The position numbers and the translations under genes are program-made. Source: Candidatus Krumholzibacteriota bacterium (GTDB lineage: Bacteria > Krumholzibacteriota > Krumholzibacteriia > JAJRXK01). Taken from it: DNA of 64,000 nucleotides. The stretch is taken from positions 736,001 to 800,000 of the forward strand of contig CAVXTH010000006.1 of NCBI GenBank assembly GCA_963764625.1, written 5' to 3'. Below, piece after piece: positions 17,489 to 28,396 of this stretch (the stretch's first letter is position 1; the number at the start of each line of letters is the position of its first letter). Under the pieces are notes generated by a model. That model did no database searches and had not been told where the DNA came from. It saw only the letters and a list, made by a program, of their open reading frames with translations.

Positions 17489-19522
17489 ATGATCCACCGC
17501 CTGTTCATCTTGTCCTATTTCCTTTTGCCCGCTGTCGCGTTCTCTCTGCGCGGGCGAGATCTCGGACTTTGCCGTCCTCGGCCTCTGTTGGGGCGTGGCC
17601 GCGGTCCTCTTTTTCTTCCACCGTCGGCATCTGCTCGCGAACTGCGCCCCGGCGCCGGCGGACTCCCACGATGCGACGCGGGGCCACGGATTCCTCGATC
17701 TCTATCGCGGCCTCGGCACGGACTACTCCCGCCTGAAGCAGGGCTACGAGGACGCTCGCCTCCGTCTGGTGAACACCAACATTCAGCTCTTGAGCGTGCG
17801 CGAGTTGTGGCAGGCTCTCGCGCGACCGGGGCGACTGGAACACACGGTGGACGGCGCCTTGGTCTACTGTCATCGCGCCAGCGGGTTTCAAGAGGTCATG
17901 ATCCTGCGCATCGAACGCCGGTCGCGCGAACTGGTGGGCCGGTGGCTTCATCCCGGCACCAACGGATCGGTGGTCGAAACCATGCGCTGGGCCCTCGGCG
18001 GTCTCGGTGGTACCGTCGCGCGGGCGATGCGCAATCCCAGCAGCCTCCTGGTGGAGGAGAGCCACGCCGAGTCGTTGTTGACGGTGAACGGGGAGTGCCC
18101 GGCCGGCTTTCAGGATCACGGAGCACATCTGGTGGTTCCGCTGCTGACCCCTCTTCCGCGTCACGAGTGCCTCAAGGGCGGATGGCTCTACCACGACGAC
18201 TGTCCGGTGTTCGAGCTGGCTCCTTCCGAACAAATCCGTGAGAGCTTTCCCTCCACTGAGAGAGCGCTCGATCTCACTCCGTGCATCTCCTGTCGTCACT
18301 ATCCACTGTACGGCTTGATGGTGGTGACCGATCGGGCGCGTCCGGCGGGAATTCGCAAGGCGGATCAGCTGACTCTGGAATCGCTGAGCTACGCGGTGAG
18401 CGCGGTCCTGCAGAACGCGAGTCTCTACCACGAACTCGAAATGGGGGAGAGCTTCCGCGACCAAATCCTCGACGGGATGAGCAACGGCCTCATCACCACC
18501 GACGACCGCGGCCGCGTGATCTTTAGCAATCGCCGCGCGCAGGAACTGCTTTCGACTTCGGGGCGAACACTTGCGGGAAAGAAACTCGACTCGCTCCTGT
18601 GGGGCTTCCCGGCGGAATCTCCCGCCAAGGCCGCGCTCTTGGGAGGACAGCCGAATCTGCGCTGGGAAGGACGCATGGGCCTTGAAGAAGAGAAGTCCAT
18701 TCCCGTGCTCCTGACCCTGGCGAAATACCGCCGTGAGGAAGGCGGATTGGTTGGCGTTATCGCGGTGATCGAGGATCTCAGCGCAGTGCACCTGATGCAG
18801 GAGGAGATCCGGCATCTCGACACCCTCGCCGCCATCGGCCGTTTCGCCAGCAGCATGGCGCACGAGATTCGCAACCCCCTGGGTGGTATCAGCGCCGGGA
18901 TGGACTATCTCGCCCGCAAGGGCACGTTCTCCCTGGATGAGGCCGAGAGCGTCGCCGTCATCCAGGAGGAAATCCAGCGCCTGGACGGCATCATTCGCAA
19001 TCTCTTCCAGGTGGCGCGACCTGCGCGTCTGCAGAAGCAAGAGACGCCGCCACTGGAAACCGCGCTGAGAATTCACCGCAGCATCAAGGACTTGGCCGAG
19101 GAGCGGAGAGTGGAGATTCGCGTCGAATGCGCGGACACGCTGCCCAGCTACCACATCGATCGGGATCAGATCCACCAGGTTCTCTTCAACCTGCTCAAGA
19201 ACGCGATCGAAGCCAGCGAAGAGGGTAGCACTGTCGTTCTCAAGGTGGAGAAGGCAGCCGGATCCCAACCGAAGCCCGAGCTCGAAGAGGCCATCGTCTT
19301 CGAAGTCATCGATACCGGTCCGGGGATCGAGCACGAGGATCTGGCGCACATCTTCGAACCGTTCTTTTCCAAGAAGGCTGAAGGCACGGGGCTCGGCCTC
19401 TTCGTCTCACACAACATCGTGGAGCGTCACGGCGGAACGCTCCAGGCGTTCAGTCGACCGGGCGAGGGAACCTGTATCCGGGTTCTCTTGCCCCTCGCGC
19501 CCTCAACCATCGGGAGCCACTC

Positions 19523-19526
<4 letters not shown>
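17489..19526 (+). CDS. GAF-PAS sensor histidine kinase (NtrB-like); apparent +1 frameshift near 17552-17554
   Basis: H-box AHEIRNPL, N-box NLLKNAIEA, DTGPGI, FEPFFS, GTGLGL. The continuous ORF is 17595-19526; removing one G joins it to ATG 17489 and gives a two-TM N-terminus. Confidence 0.88.
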
Positions 19527-20920
<1,394 letters not shown>

Positions 20921-20922
20921 CG

Positions 20923-21492
20923 ATGCACGAAGCGCACGGGTCAAAACGCGAGAGAGAGGCGGCTTGTCGCCCCGGCTCGCGTTTTTGCCGAGTGGGGAGG
21001 AGGGGAGGGTTGCTCTCTGTTCTCCTCGTGCTCACTTCTCTTCAGGGATGTGGTTACGGTCTGACTCCAGGCCGCGTGAAGCCGGGCCTTCAGAGCGTCG
21101 CGGTTCCCTACTTCGAAAACGAGACCACCGAACCCGAGCTCGAGGTTTCGCTCACCGACGCGATCATCGCAGGCATCGTCGCGGACCGAACTCTGCGCCT
21201 CACCGACGAGCAGCAAGCCGACGCGCTCATTCTGGGGAAGATCACCTACTTCAAAATCCAGGAGGTATTCTTCGCCGAGAATCGACAGGCGCAGGAATAC
21301 GAAGTGCGCGTGGCCTGCGAAGTGAGCCTGGTCGACCGCGCCACCGGTGATATCATCGTCAAGCCCACGACCATTCGCGGCAAAGGTGATTACTTCACCG
21401 ACGAGGGCCCCGAGGGAGAGGATAACGCGCGCCAGCAGGCAGCCGACGAACTGGTGCGCGCGATTCTGGCCCTGGTGATCGAGGAGTGGTGA
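20923..21492 (+). CDS. lptE: LptE-family LPS assembly lipoprotein
   Basis: Lipobox LQG-CGY, VAVPYFENET, ADALILGKI; directly upstream of holA, which is the usual synteny. Start uncertain. Confidence 0.75.
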   Translation: MHEAHGSKREREAACRPGSRFCRVGRRGGLLSVLLVLTSLQGCGYGLTPGRVKPGLQSVAVPYFENETTEPELEVSLTDAIIAGIVADRTLRLTDEQQADALILGKITYFKIQEVFFAENRQAQEYEVRVACEVSLVDRATGDIIVKPTTIRGKGDYFTDEGPEGEDNARQQAADELVRAILALVIEEW

Positions 21493-22538
21493 TGGCGAGT
21501 CCGAAGATCCTCACCCCCGAAGAGCTGAGAAGTGCCTTGGCCAAGGAGGACCCACGGCCAGTGTATCTGCTCGCGGGACCGGATACCTGGAGGGCGGAGC
21601 GCACGGCGCAGTGGTTGAAGGAGAAAGTACTCGATCCGCAGTCGGCCGAATTCAACGCGCAAGTTCTGCAGGCCGACGAGTGTGTTCCCCAGGCCATCGT
21701 CGAGGCCGCCTCCGCCTATCCGATGTTCGGCACCCGGCGCTTCGTGTGGGTTCGTCATGCCGAGGCACTCGGCACCGGGTCGGCGATCGAAGGCCTCTTG
21801 AGCTACCTGGGGAGTCCTGCCGCCAGCACAGTGCTCGTCTTCACCAGCGCCAAGCTGGACAAACGCCTCAAGTTCACCACCGCCTGCGCGCGCGCCGGCT
21901 GCGCGGTGGATTTCCAGAACCTCAAGGGCTCCGCCATCCTCATGCAGGTGGCGCGCCAGGCGCAGTCCCTCTCGCTCACCCTCGAAAAGTCCGCCATCCA
22001 CGAGCTGATCGATCTGGTGGGCGACGACCTCGGCGAACTGCAGACCGAGCTGGAAAAGCTGGCGCTCCTGCGGGAAGGGAACGCTCCCATCGGACCGAAA
22101 GAGGTGCGCCTCCTCGTTGCGCGCTCGCGCGACCTGGACGCCTTCGCGGTGGCGGATCTGCTCAGCGGGGAAGACCCCCTGCCGGCACTGCGCGCCTGGA
22201 CCAAAGTTCGGGTGGGAGGGGGCGACCCCATCGGCACCGCCGCCATCCTCAGCTGGCGTCTGCGCCAACTCGCCTCCTTTCGCAGCGCCCTGGAGGGGGG
22301 AGAGAGCCCCGAATCGGCCGCCCGTCGCCTGGCGCTTCCGCCCTGGCAGGCGCGGCGCCTGGCGGCCCTGGCCCAGAGCTCGACCCTCGACCAATTGCAG
22401 CGAACCCTCTTCCACATGCGTCAGGCCGACCGCCGTGCCAAATCCTCCAGTCTGGGCGCTCCCCTGGCCTATGATCTCGCCCTTCTGGCCTGGGCGGTGG
22501 AGTCCCTCACGGGCGTCCGTACAACGCGCCGGCCTTGA
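21492..22538 (+). CDS. holA: DNA polymerase III delta subunit
   Basis: PVYLLAG, YPMFGTRRFVWV, KLDKR, GDDLGELQTELEKL, ADRRAKS. Confidence 0.88.
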   Translation: MASPKILTPEELRSALAKEDPRPVYLLAGPDTWRAERTAQWLKEKVLDPQSAEFNAQVLQADECVPQAIVEAASAYPMFGTRRFVWVRHAEALGTGSAIEGLLSYLGSPAASTVLVFTSAKLDKRLKFTTACARAGCAVDFQNLKGSAILMQVARQAQSLSLTLEKSAIHELIDLVGDDLGELQTELEKLALLREGNAPIGPKEVRLLVARSRDLDAFAVADLLSGEDPLPALRAWTKVRVGGGDPIGTAAILSWRLRQLASFRSALEGGESPESAARRLALPPWQARRLAALAQSSTLDQLQRTLFHMRQADRRAKSSSLGAPLAYDLALLAWAVESLTGVRTTRRP

Positions 22539-22562
22539 CATCCGGGCCCTCCGCCGTACCTT
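22535..22562 (+). promoter_or_regulatory. Sigma70 promoter of trxA
   Basis: TTGACA-N16-TACCTT; AGGAG Shine-Dalgarno before ATG 22633. Confidence 0.55.
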
Positions 22563-22632
22563 GGCCGCATCCCAGGGGCCCTCAGACGAAGTCGGTCCTA
22601 GTGCGTACTTTTCAGGGAATAGGAGTAGCTCC

Positions 22633-22959
22633 ATGGCAGCACCCGTCGCGGTCGACACCCAGACCTTCCCGGCCGAGGTCCAGAAGGCCACTGGCCTCGT
22701 CATCGTCGATTTCTGGGCTCCCTGGTGCGGTCCGTGCCGCATCATCGGACCGGTCCTCGAGGAGATTGCCAAGGAGCAGGCCGCGACCGTCAAGGTGGCC
22801 AAGGTGAACGTCGACGAGAACCAACAGCTCGCCGGCCAGTTCAGCATCATGAGCATCCCGACACTTTTGTTCTTCAAAGACGGCAAGGTGGTCGAGCAGA
22901 TCGTGGGCGCGGTGCCCAAGGACAAGATCCTGCAGACCATCGAGCGCCACAGCTCCTGA
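22633..22959 (+). CDS. trxA: Thioredoxin
   Basis: VDFWAPWCGPCR, KVNVDEN, SIPTL. Confidence 0.97.
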   Translation: MAAPVAVDTQTFPAEVQKATGLVIVDFWAPWCGPCRIIGPVLEEIAKEQAATVKVAKVNVDENQQLAGQFSIMSIPTLLFFKDGKVVEQIVGAVPKDKILQTIERHSS

Positions 22960-23014
22960 GCCTAAGGTAGTTTCCTTAATTCCCGTTCGAACAGCCTGTC
23001 GATACATGAGTTCC

Positions 23015-23046
23015 AGGGGAGGGGAATTGGGATTCCTCTCCCTTTG
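23015..23046 (+). terminator. Rho-independent terminator after trxA
   Basis: AGGGGAGGGGAAT-TGGG-ATTCCTCTCCCT stem followed by a short T-rich tail. Confidence 0.6.
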
Positions 23047-23059
23047 TGGAAACTATAGT

Positions 23060-23087
23060 AGTTAACATAATGTATCTTATGCGCAAT
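23060..23087 (-). other. dif: dif site (XerC/XerD chromosome dimer resolution site)
   Basis: Minus strand reads ATTGCGCATAA-GATACA-TTATGTTAACT versus E. coli GGTGCGCATAA-TGTATA-TTATGTTAAAT; intergenic, AT-rich, at the point where gene orientation flips. Confidence 0.9.
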
Positions 23088-23164
23088 CTTAGGTAAGGCC
23101 ATGGCCCCAGGCCGAAGGACTCCGCAGGGCCTTCCCTCGCCAGCTCGTCCGCAGGAAAGGGTTC

Positions 23165-23545
23165 TCAGTCGCTGACCGGGATCTTCTCGGCGTAGTCCTC
23201 GAGCACGGGGATCCGGAAGGATTCTCCGGCCAAGGCCTTCACGAAACCCAGGATACTCAACACCAGGAATCCGGCGAAGGCCGCCAGCTCGAGCAGGATC
23301 TCCACCAGGAAGCCCAGGACGGGAATCCTCCCCACCGTGTTGCTGATGATGAGGAGGAAGCAAATCACGGCTGCTTCGACCAAGAAGAGCGCGAAGGCCT
23401 GGCGGGCGTGCTGCGTCAGGAAGGCGCTCTTGTTCTTGCGGCTCAGGGAGAAGAGAGAAACCGGACCCAGGTAGGCGATCGCCGCCAGCCAGCGCTGTTT
23501 GGTCTCCCCGATGGAATGCGGAAGGATGGGTTCGTGATCGGTCAT
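23165..23545 (-). CDS. DUF4870-like small membrane protein
   Basis: LAAIAYL...HARQAF...GFVKALAGESFRIPV pattern with three TM segments. Confidence 0.8.
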   Translation of the reverse strand: MTDHEPILPHSIGETKQRWLAAIAYLGPVSLFSLSRKNKSAFLTQHARQAFALFLVEAAVICFLLIISNTVGRIPVLGFLVEILLELAAFAGFLVLSILGFVKALAGESFRIPVLEDYAEKIPVSD

Positions 23546-23563
23546 CGTGCTTTTCCTCGCCTA

Positions 23564-24244
23564 CTAGGAGCTGCTGATCTGAGCCCGAAGAACCTCGATC
23601 TTGGTGTTGGCCTCTTGCTTGGTCTGGAAGTCGTTGCTTCGCGACAAGGGCAAGAGCACCGCGATCGCCTCCTCGCGCCGCCCCAGCTTTTCCAATACGC
23701 GCGCCTGGGCAAAGCAAGTTTCAGCATAGAGGTAATCCTCGGGCTTCAACTTCTGCGCCAGCGCGCTCAACTGGGCCAGAGCCTCCTGGTTCTGTCCGGC
23801 TCCTTCAAGAGCAAGGCCCAAGCCAGACTGCGCGCTCAGCGCGTAGAAGCCCTTCTCGTCCTTTTCGAGATAGTCGCGAAAACTTTGGATCGCCGCATCG
23901 TTCTCCCCGAGAGCGAGATGGCAGGCGCCGGCATAGTAGCGGGCGTTCTTGCCCTCCTTGCGGCTCCCGAAGCGCTGGATGAGGTCCTCCAGGGTCAACA
24001 GGCACTCGCTGTAGGAGCTGGCGCTGTACTGGGTCGCGGCCTGTGCCATGAGGTGCGCCGCCTCCTGGCGGCTGTGGAGCTGGGTCTGGCGGAAATAGAC
24101 CGTGCCCAGGACGCCGGCCGCCACCAGGACAACCCCCAGGAACACCCTCAGAAAGTTGTTCTGCAGATAGCTGTAACCCTTTGCTACGTTTTCTGAAAAC
24201 GCATCATGCCGGAGTTCCTTCTTCGTGAACTTGCCCTTCGCCAC
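23564..24244 (-). CDS. TPR membrane-anchored protein (YfgM-like)
   Basis: KKELRHDAF N-terminus, single TM, TPR repeats. Confidence 0.8.
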   Translation of the reverse strand: MAKGKFTKKELRHDAFSENVAKGYSYLQNNFLRVFLGVVLVAAGVLGTVYFRQTQLHSRQEAAHLMAQAATQYSASSYSECLLTLEDLIQRFGSRKEGKNARYYAGACHLALGENDAAIQSFRDYLEKDEKGFYALSAQSGLGLALEGAGQNQEALAQLSALAQKLKPEDYLYAETCFAQARVLEKLGRREEAIAVLLPLSRSNDFQTKQEANTKIEVLRAQISSS

Positions 24245-24303
24245 GACATCAACCTCCCCGGCCTATCTGCCGGTTATGACTTCAGTTCCACGGGATCCGC
24301 GGA

Positions 24304-24332
24304 AGCTTAGTGGGTTGCGGAGGGCCGGTCAA
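24304..24332 (-). promoter_or_regulatory. Sigma70 promoter of the YfgM-like gene, overlapping a hairpin at 24317-24345
   Basis: Minus strand TTGACC-N17-TAAGCT; GCGGAGGGCC/GGCCCTCCGC inverted repeat just downstream of tRNA-Arg. Confidence 0.5.
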
Positions 24333-24357
24333 GGGGGCCCTCCGCCGCGAAAACCTC

Positions 24358-24431
24358 TGCCCCAGAGAGGACTCGAACCTCCGACACCAGGTTTAGGAAA
24401 CCTGTGCTCTATCCACCTGAGCTACTGGGGC
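24358..24431 (-). tRNA. tRNA-Arg(CCT), CCA not encoded
   Basis: GCCCCAG/CTGGGGC acceptor stem, CAGGT-TTCCTAA-ACCTG anticodon arm, GGAGG-TTCGAGT-CCTCT T-arm. Confidence 0.95.
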
Positions 24432-24447
24432 CCAAGGCACAATCCGG

Positions 24448-24960
24448 CTAGTCATAGACCAGCAGGGAATGAACCGGCCACGCGAGCTGGTCTCGTCCCT
24501 TCAGCGCGGCCAACTCGATGATGAACGCCAACTCCTCCACCTTCGCCCGGGCCTCCTCCACCAGCTCTGCGCATGCCCGCGCCGTCCCACCGGTAGCCAG
24601 AAGATCATCCACGATGATGACGCGCTCGCCTTCCTTCAGGGCGTCGCGGTGGATCTCCAGGGTAGCGCTCCCGTACTCGAGTTCGTAACTGCGCGCCAGA
24701 GTATCTCCGGGGAGCTTGCCCGCTTTACGCACCGGCACGAAGCCCACGCCCAGGCGAAGCGCGAGCGGCGCGCCGAAGAGAAAGCCCCGGCTCTCGACGC
24801 CCAGAATCTTTTCGATGCCGCGTGAGCGATAGCGTGCGTACAGGCGCTCGATACATTTGCCGAACGCGGCCGGATCGTTCAAAAGGGGCGTGATGTCACG
24901 GAAGAGAATGCCCGGCTTGGGGAAGTCAGGAATCTCTCCGATGTACTCGCGAAGCTCCAT
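24448..24960 (-). CDS. apt: Adenine phosphoribosyltransferase
   Basis: PDFPKPGILFRDITPLL, ESRGF, RKAGKLP, YELEYG, VDDLLATGGT. Confidence 0.97.
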   Translation of the reverse strand: MELREYIGEIPDFPKPGILFRDITPLLNDPAAFGKCIERLYARYRSRGIEKILGVESRGFLFGAPLALRLGVGFVPVRKAGKLPGDTLARSYELEYGSATLEIHRDALKEGERVIIVDDLLATGGTARACAELVEEARAKVEELAFIIELAALKGRDQLAWPVHSLLVYD

Positions 24961-24977
24961 GCTCGTGTGCCTCCGCT

Positions 24978-25652
24978 TCAGTTCCAGCGCAAGTGCTTGA
25001 CGGGATCGACCGCGTCCTGGCCCCTGCGGATCTCGAAATGGAGAGCCGGCTTGCTGCGCTCGATTCCCTCACCCAAGCGCGCCAGTTCCTGGCCCGTGTA
25101 CACCGCTTCGTTGACCTCCACGTAGATGTGCAGCGGATCGCAGGGACCATAGAGGCTGCGCCACCCGCCATCGTGCTCCACCACCACCAGGCGTCCGTAG
25201 CCGCTCAAGTCGCCCACGAAGCGAACCACTCCCTTGTCGCAAGAGAGAATCGGCGTGCCCTCGCGGGCGCGCAGGTCCAGGCCAGTGTGGCGCTGCATGA
25301 CCCTCTCGTGGCGCGTGTCTTTGCGCTCGCCGAAGGAAGCCACGATATCGCGTTTCCGGATGCCCTGAATGGGAAGTTGCCCCATGAACTCTCGCGCTCC
25401 CGTCTTGCTCACGCCCCGCACTCCCGCCAGCACGAGGCGTTGGCCGGGTCGAATGAGGTCGTCGGGCAGATCGTTGGCCTGGCGGATTCTCGAGACCGTG
25501 GTTCCGAAGGCGCGCGCGATTCCGAACAGGGTATCTCCACGTCGGACGTGGACGAAAAGTTCATTGGCGGCTCGAGTCGCGGTGGCCCCCGCCGTCAGGA
25601 GCACGAACAAGACGAGAGAAGAAACCGAATGTCGCCAAGGTGTACCGAGCAC
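24978..25652 (-). CDS. LysM + M23 peptidase protein (NlpD-like)
   Basis: Signal peptide; VRRGDTLFGIA LysM domain; HTGLD and LHFEIR M23 motifs. Confidence 0.88.
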   Translation of the reverse strand: MLGTPWRHSVSSLVLFVLLTAGATATRAANELFVHVRRGDTLFGIARAFGTTVSRIRQANDLPDDLIRPGQRLVLAGVRGVSKTGAREFMGQLPIQGIRKRDIVASFGERKDTRHERVMQRHTGLDLRAREGTPILSCDKGVVRFVGDLSGYGRLVVVEHDGGWRSLYGPCDPLHIYVEVNEAVYTGQELARLGEGIERSKPALHFEIRRGQDAVDPVKHLRWN

Positions 25653-25687
25653 CGACCCGCCCTCGCGCTCGCGCGAAGAGGAAGTTG

Positions 25688-25765
<78 letters not shown>

Positions 25766-25781
25766 ACTGAAAACTTCTCTT

Positions 25782-26267
25782 CTACCAAATGTGGATGATC
25801 CCCTGCACCGCCAATGTCACCACGATTCCCGCGCAGCAAACACCCGCGAAGATGGCGGGGATGGCCCGGCGCGCCGGGAGATCAAAGAGATAGGCCGCGA
25901 TCGCTCCCGTCCACGCCCCCGTCACCGGAAGCGGTACCGCGACGAAAAGAACGAGACCCAGAGCGCCGTAGCGCTCCACCACCGCGGCTTTGCGTCGGGT
26001 GCGGGCGAACAGCCAGCAAAAGAACTTATCAAACCAGCGATTGCGCCGCAATGTCTTTTCGATCCGACCCAGGAAGAACAGCCAGAAGGGGATCGGAATC
26101 ATGTTTCCCAGCACCGACCACAGCAAGGCAGGAAGGGGCGCGAGCCCGCCGATCGCGATCGCCCAGGGGATCGAGCCGCGCAGTTCGAGGATGGGCATGG
26201 CCGCGATGACGATGGTGGACAGAGGCTGCGGCAGGTGCGAAGCCCAGTGGAGGAACTCAGCCTTCAC
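25782..26267 (-). CDS. Small multidrug export family membrane protein (COG2426)
   Basis: AMPILELRGSIP and GLVLFVAVPLPVTGAWTG. Confidence 0.88.
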   Translation of the reverse strand: MKAEFLHWASHLPQPLSTIVIAAMPILELRGSIPWAIAIGGLAPLPALLWSVLGNMIPIPFWLFFLGRIEKTLRRNRWFDKFFCWLFARTRRKAAVVERYGALGLVLFVAVPLPVTGAWTGAIAAYLFDLPARRAIPAIFAGVCCAGIVVTLAVQGIIHIW

Positions 26268-26916
26268 CCGCGAACCCTCCTTCTCCCAGAAGCGGGACGA
26301 AGCGACACGCGCAGCCCTCTGCGATGTGGTCCTCCCCGTCCTCGCGCCGCACGATGACGAGGGTCTGCAGATGCCGCCCCCCCACCGGCGCGACCAGGCG
26401 GCCGGGATCGGCCAGCTGCGCCAAGAGCTCCTCGGGCAAGGAAGGCGCCGCCGCCGTCACTAGGATGGCGTCGAAGGGCGCCTCCTGGGGCCACCCGGTG
26501 CTTCCATCCCCCACACTCAGCTCGATGCCCGAAATCGCCAGTTCGTCGAGCACTTGGCGCGCGCGTTGGGCCAGACTCGCGTGGCGTTCCACGCTGTAGA
26601 CCCGGGCCCCGAGCATGGCCAGCACCGCGGCTTGATACCCGCTACCGGTGCCGATCTCCAGGACTCTCTCCCCCCCGGCCAGCGCGAGCGCCTGCGTCAT
26701 GGTCGCCACGATGAACGGCTGGCTTAGGGTCTGTCCTTCCTCGATGGGAATCGCGCGGGGTGCGTAGGCTTCGTCCCACTGCCGCCGGGGCAAGAAGCGG
26801 TGGCGAGGAACTCGTCCCATCACCTGAAGGACTCTCTCGTCGATGATTCCCTGTCCGCGCAGTTGGTGCTCGATCATGCTGAAGCGTTCGCGCGCGAACG
26901 AATTCACTTCTTCCAT
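26257..26916 (-). CDS. pcm: Protein-L-isoaspartate O-methyltransferase
   Basis: VPRHRF, GQTLSQP, VLEIGTGSGYQAA, GDGSTGW...APFDAI, FVPL. Confidence 0.96.
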   Translation of the reverse strand: MEEVNSFARERFSMIEHQLRGQGIIDERVLQVMGRVPRHRFLPRRQWDEAYAPRAIPIEEGQTLSQPFIVATMTQALALAGGERVLEIGTGSGYQAAVLAMLGARVYSVERHASLAQRARQVLDELAISGIELSVGDGSTGWPQEAPFDAILVTAAAPSLPEELLAQLADPGRLVAPVGGRHLQTLVIVRREDGEDHIAEGCACRFVPLLGEGGFAGEG

Positions 26917-27674
26917 GCGCCCACCAGGTCTTCTCCATAGACCATCGCCTTGTAATCAGTCATGTCGAGATGAAGGGGAGTCACTGTGATCCAGCCCGAA
27001 CTCAATAGTCCAAAGTCGGTCGTTTCGTCATCACTCTGCGGAATGGGATTGCCACCGATCCAGAAGTACTCCTTGCCCCGCGGATCGACTTTCCGGGTGA
27101 TCACGTCCTGATAGATTCTCGATCCGAGCTTGCACACGCGCATGCCCTTGATCGCGCTGAGTGGCTTGGCCGGAACGTTCACGTTCAAGAGCATCTGTCC
27201 CTGGAGCCCGCGCTCGAGCCATTGGGGAAGGGTGTCCTTCACGAAGTGATCCGCGGTTTCGAACTCTCCTGCGTCGAGCCCGCGCGAGCCCAATGACAGA
27301 GCGATGCTCGGCAGTCCACAGATCGTCCCTTCCATCGCCGCGGCTACGGTACCGCTATAGAGAATGTCCTCTCCCATGTTCGGTCCGTGGTTGATGCCCG
27401 AGATCACGAGGTCCGGCAACTCGTCTTCGAACAGGGCGCGCAGAGCGAGCAGCACGCAGTCGGTGGGTGTTCCGGTCACCGAGTACTTGTCTTTACTGTG
27501 ACGCGTGATGCGCAGGGGCGAGGTGAGGGTCAGAGCATGCGAGCTCGCGCTCTGTTCGCGATCGGGAGCGCACACCGAAATGCGCGCCCGCGGCATCGCC
27601 TCCCTCAGACCAACGTCCAACCGGCGCAGGCCTTCGGCGTGGATGCCGTCGTCGTTGGTAAGGAGAATGTGCAT
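26904..27674 (-). CDS. surE: 5'/3'-nucleotidase SurE
   Basis: ILLTNDDG, GTPTDCV, SGINHGPN, YSGTVAAA, ITVTPL. Confidence 0.96.
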   Translation of the reverse strand: MHILLTNDDGIHAEGLRRLDVGLREAMPRARISVCAPDREQSASSHALTLTSPLRITRHSKDKYSVTGTPTDCVLLALRALFEDELPDLVISGINHGPNMGEDILYSGTVAAAMEGTICGLPSIALSLGSRGLDAGEFETADHFVKDTLPQWLERGLQGQMLLNVNVPAKPLSAIKGMRVCKLGSRIYQDVITRKVDPRGKEYFWIGGNPIPQSDDETTDFGLLSSGWITVTPLHLDMTDYKAMVYGEDLVGAWKK

Positions 27675-27688
27675 GAAAGATCCTCGCG

Positions 27689-28396
27689 CTAGCTGGGTCC
27701 GGCGGGCTGTCGCCCGGGCCTCTTGATCCACTGCCGGGAGCGCCAGAGGAGCCTCATGAAACGAACCGTGTCCACCAGAGGATGGATGGAACTCGCCTCG
27801 TCGTGATACACCGTACTGATCGCCACGGAGGCCACAGGGTAGCCCAAGCGCCCTGCCTTGATCAAGATCTCCGATTCCAGATCGTAGCGGCTCGATTCCA
27901 GCTGGATGTCCGCAAGAACGCGGCTATCGATGAGTCGATATCCGCACTGAGAATCTTCGATTCTCTGGTTCGCGAGGCCGCTCACGATGCGCGACATCAC
28001 CTCGTTCGTGCGCTTGCGCAGCCAGGGCATCCGTTCGTTCTCCGCCATGCGATTTCCCACCACCACGCGGGCCCCCGTCTTCCACGCCTCGAGGAATCGG
28101 GGAATCTCCTCGGGGAGATGCTGACCGTCCGCGTCGAGGGTGAGACAGGCGGGGTGTCCCTCCTGCAATACGCGAGCGAAGCCGGTCTTGAGCGCCTCCC
28201 CCTTCCCGCGGTTTACCGGGTGACGCATGACCTCCACTCCTAGGCGACGCGCCACCTCCGCCCCGTCATCGCCCGAGCCGTCGTCGACGAGGAGAACTTC
28301 GACCTGGGGCCTCAGTTTCAGCAGTCGGGGCAAGAGTTCGGGGAGGTGACGCTCCACGTTGTAAGCGGGGAGAATGGCGAGAACCGAATCAGCCAT
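27689..28396 (-). CDS. GT2 glycosyltransferase (DPM1-like)
   Basis: LPAYN, VDDGSGD, NRGKGEAL, LDADGQH, DSQCGYR. Confidence 0.92.
   Translation of the reverse strand: MADSVLAILPAYNVERHLPELLPRLLKLRPQVEVLLVDDGSGDDGAEVARRLGVEVMRHPVNRGKGEALKTGFARVLQEGHPACLTLDADGQHLPEEIPRFLEAWKTGARVVVGNRMAENERMPWLRKRTNEVMSRIVSGLANQRIEDSQCGYRLIDSRVLADIQLESSRYDLESEILIKAGRLGYPVASVAISTVYHDEASSIHPLVDTVRFMRLLWRSRQWIKRPGRQPAGPS

Noticed and set aside
17505-19349. 614-aa antisense ORF opposite the histidine kinase, and similar long shadow ORFs (21390-22940, 32700-34127, 40714-42273, 61924-63432)
   Set aside because: They mirror well-supported genes, carry no motifs, and are expected in GC-rich coding DNA.
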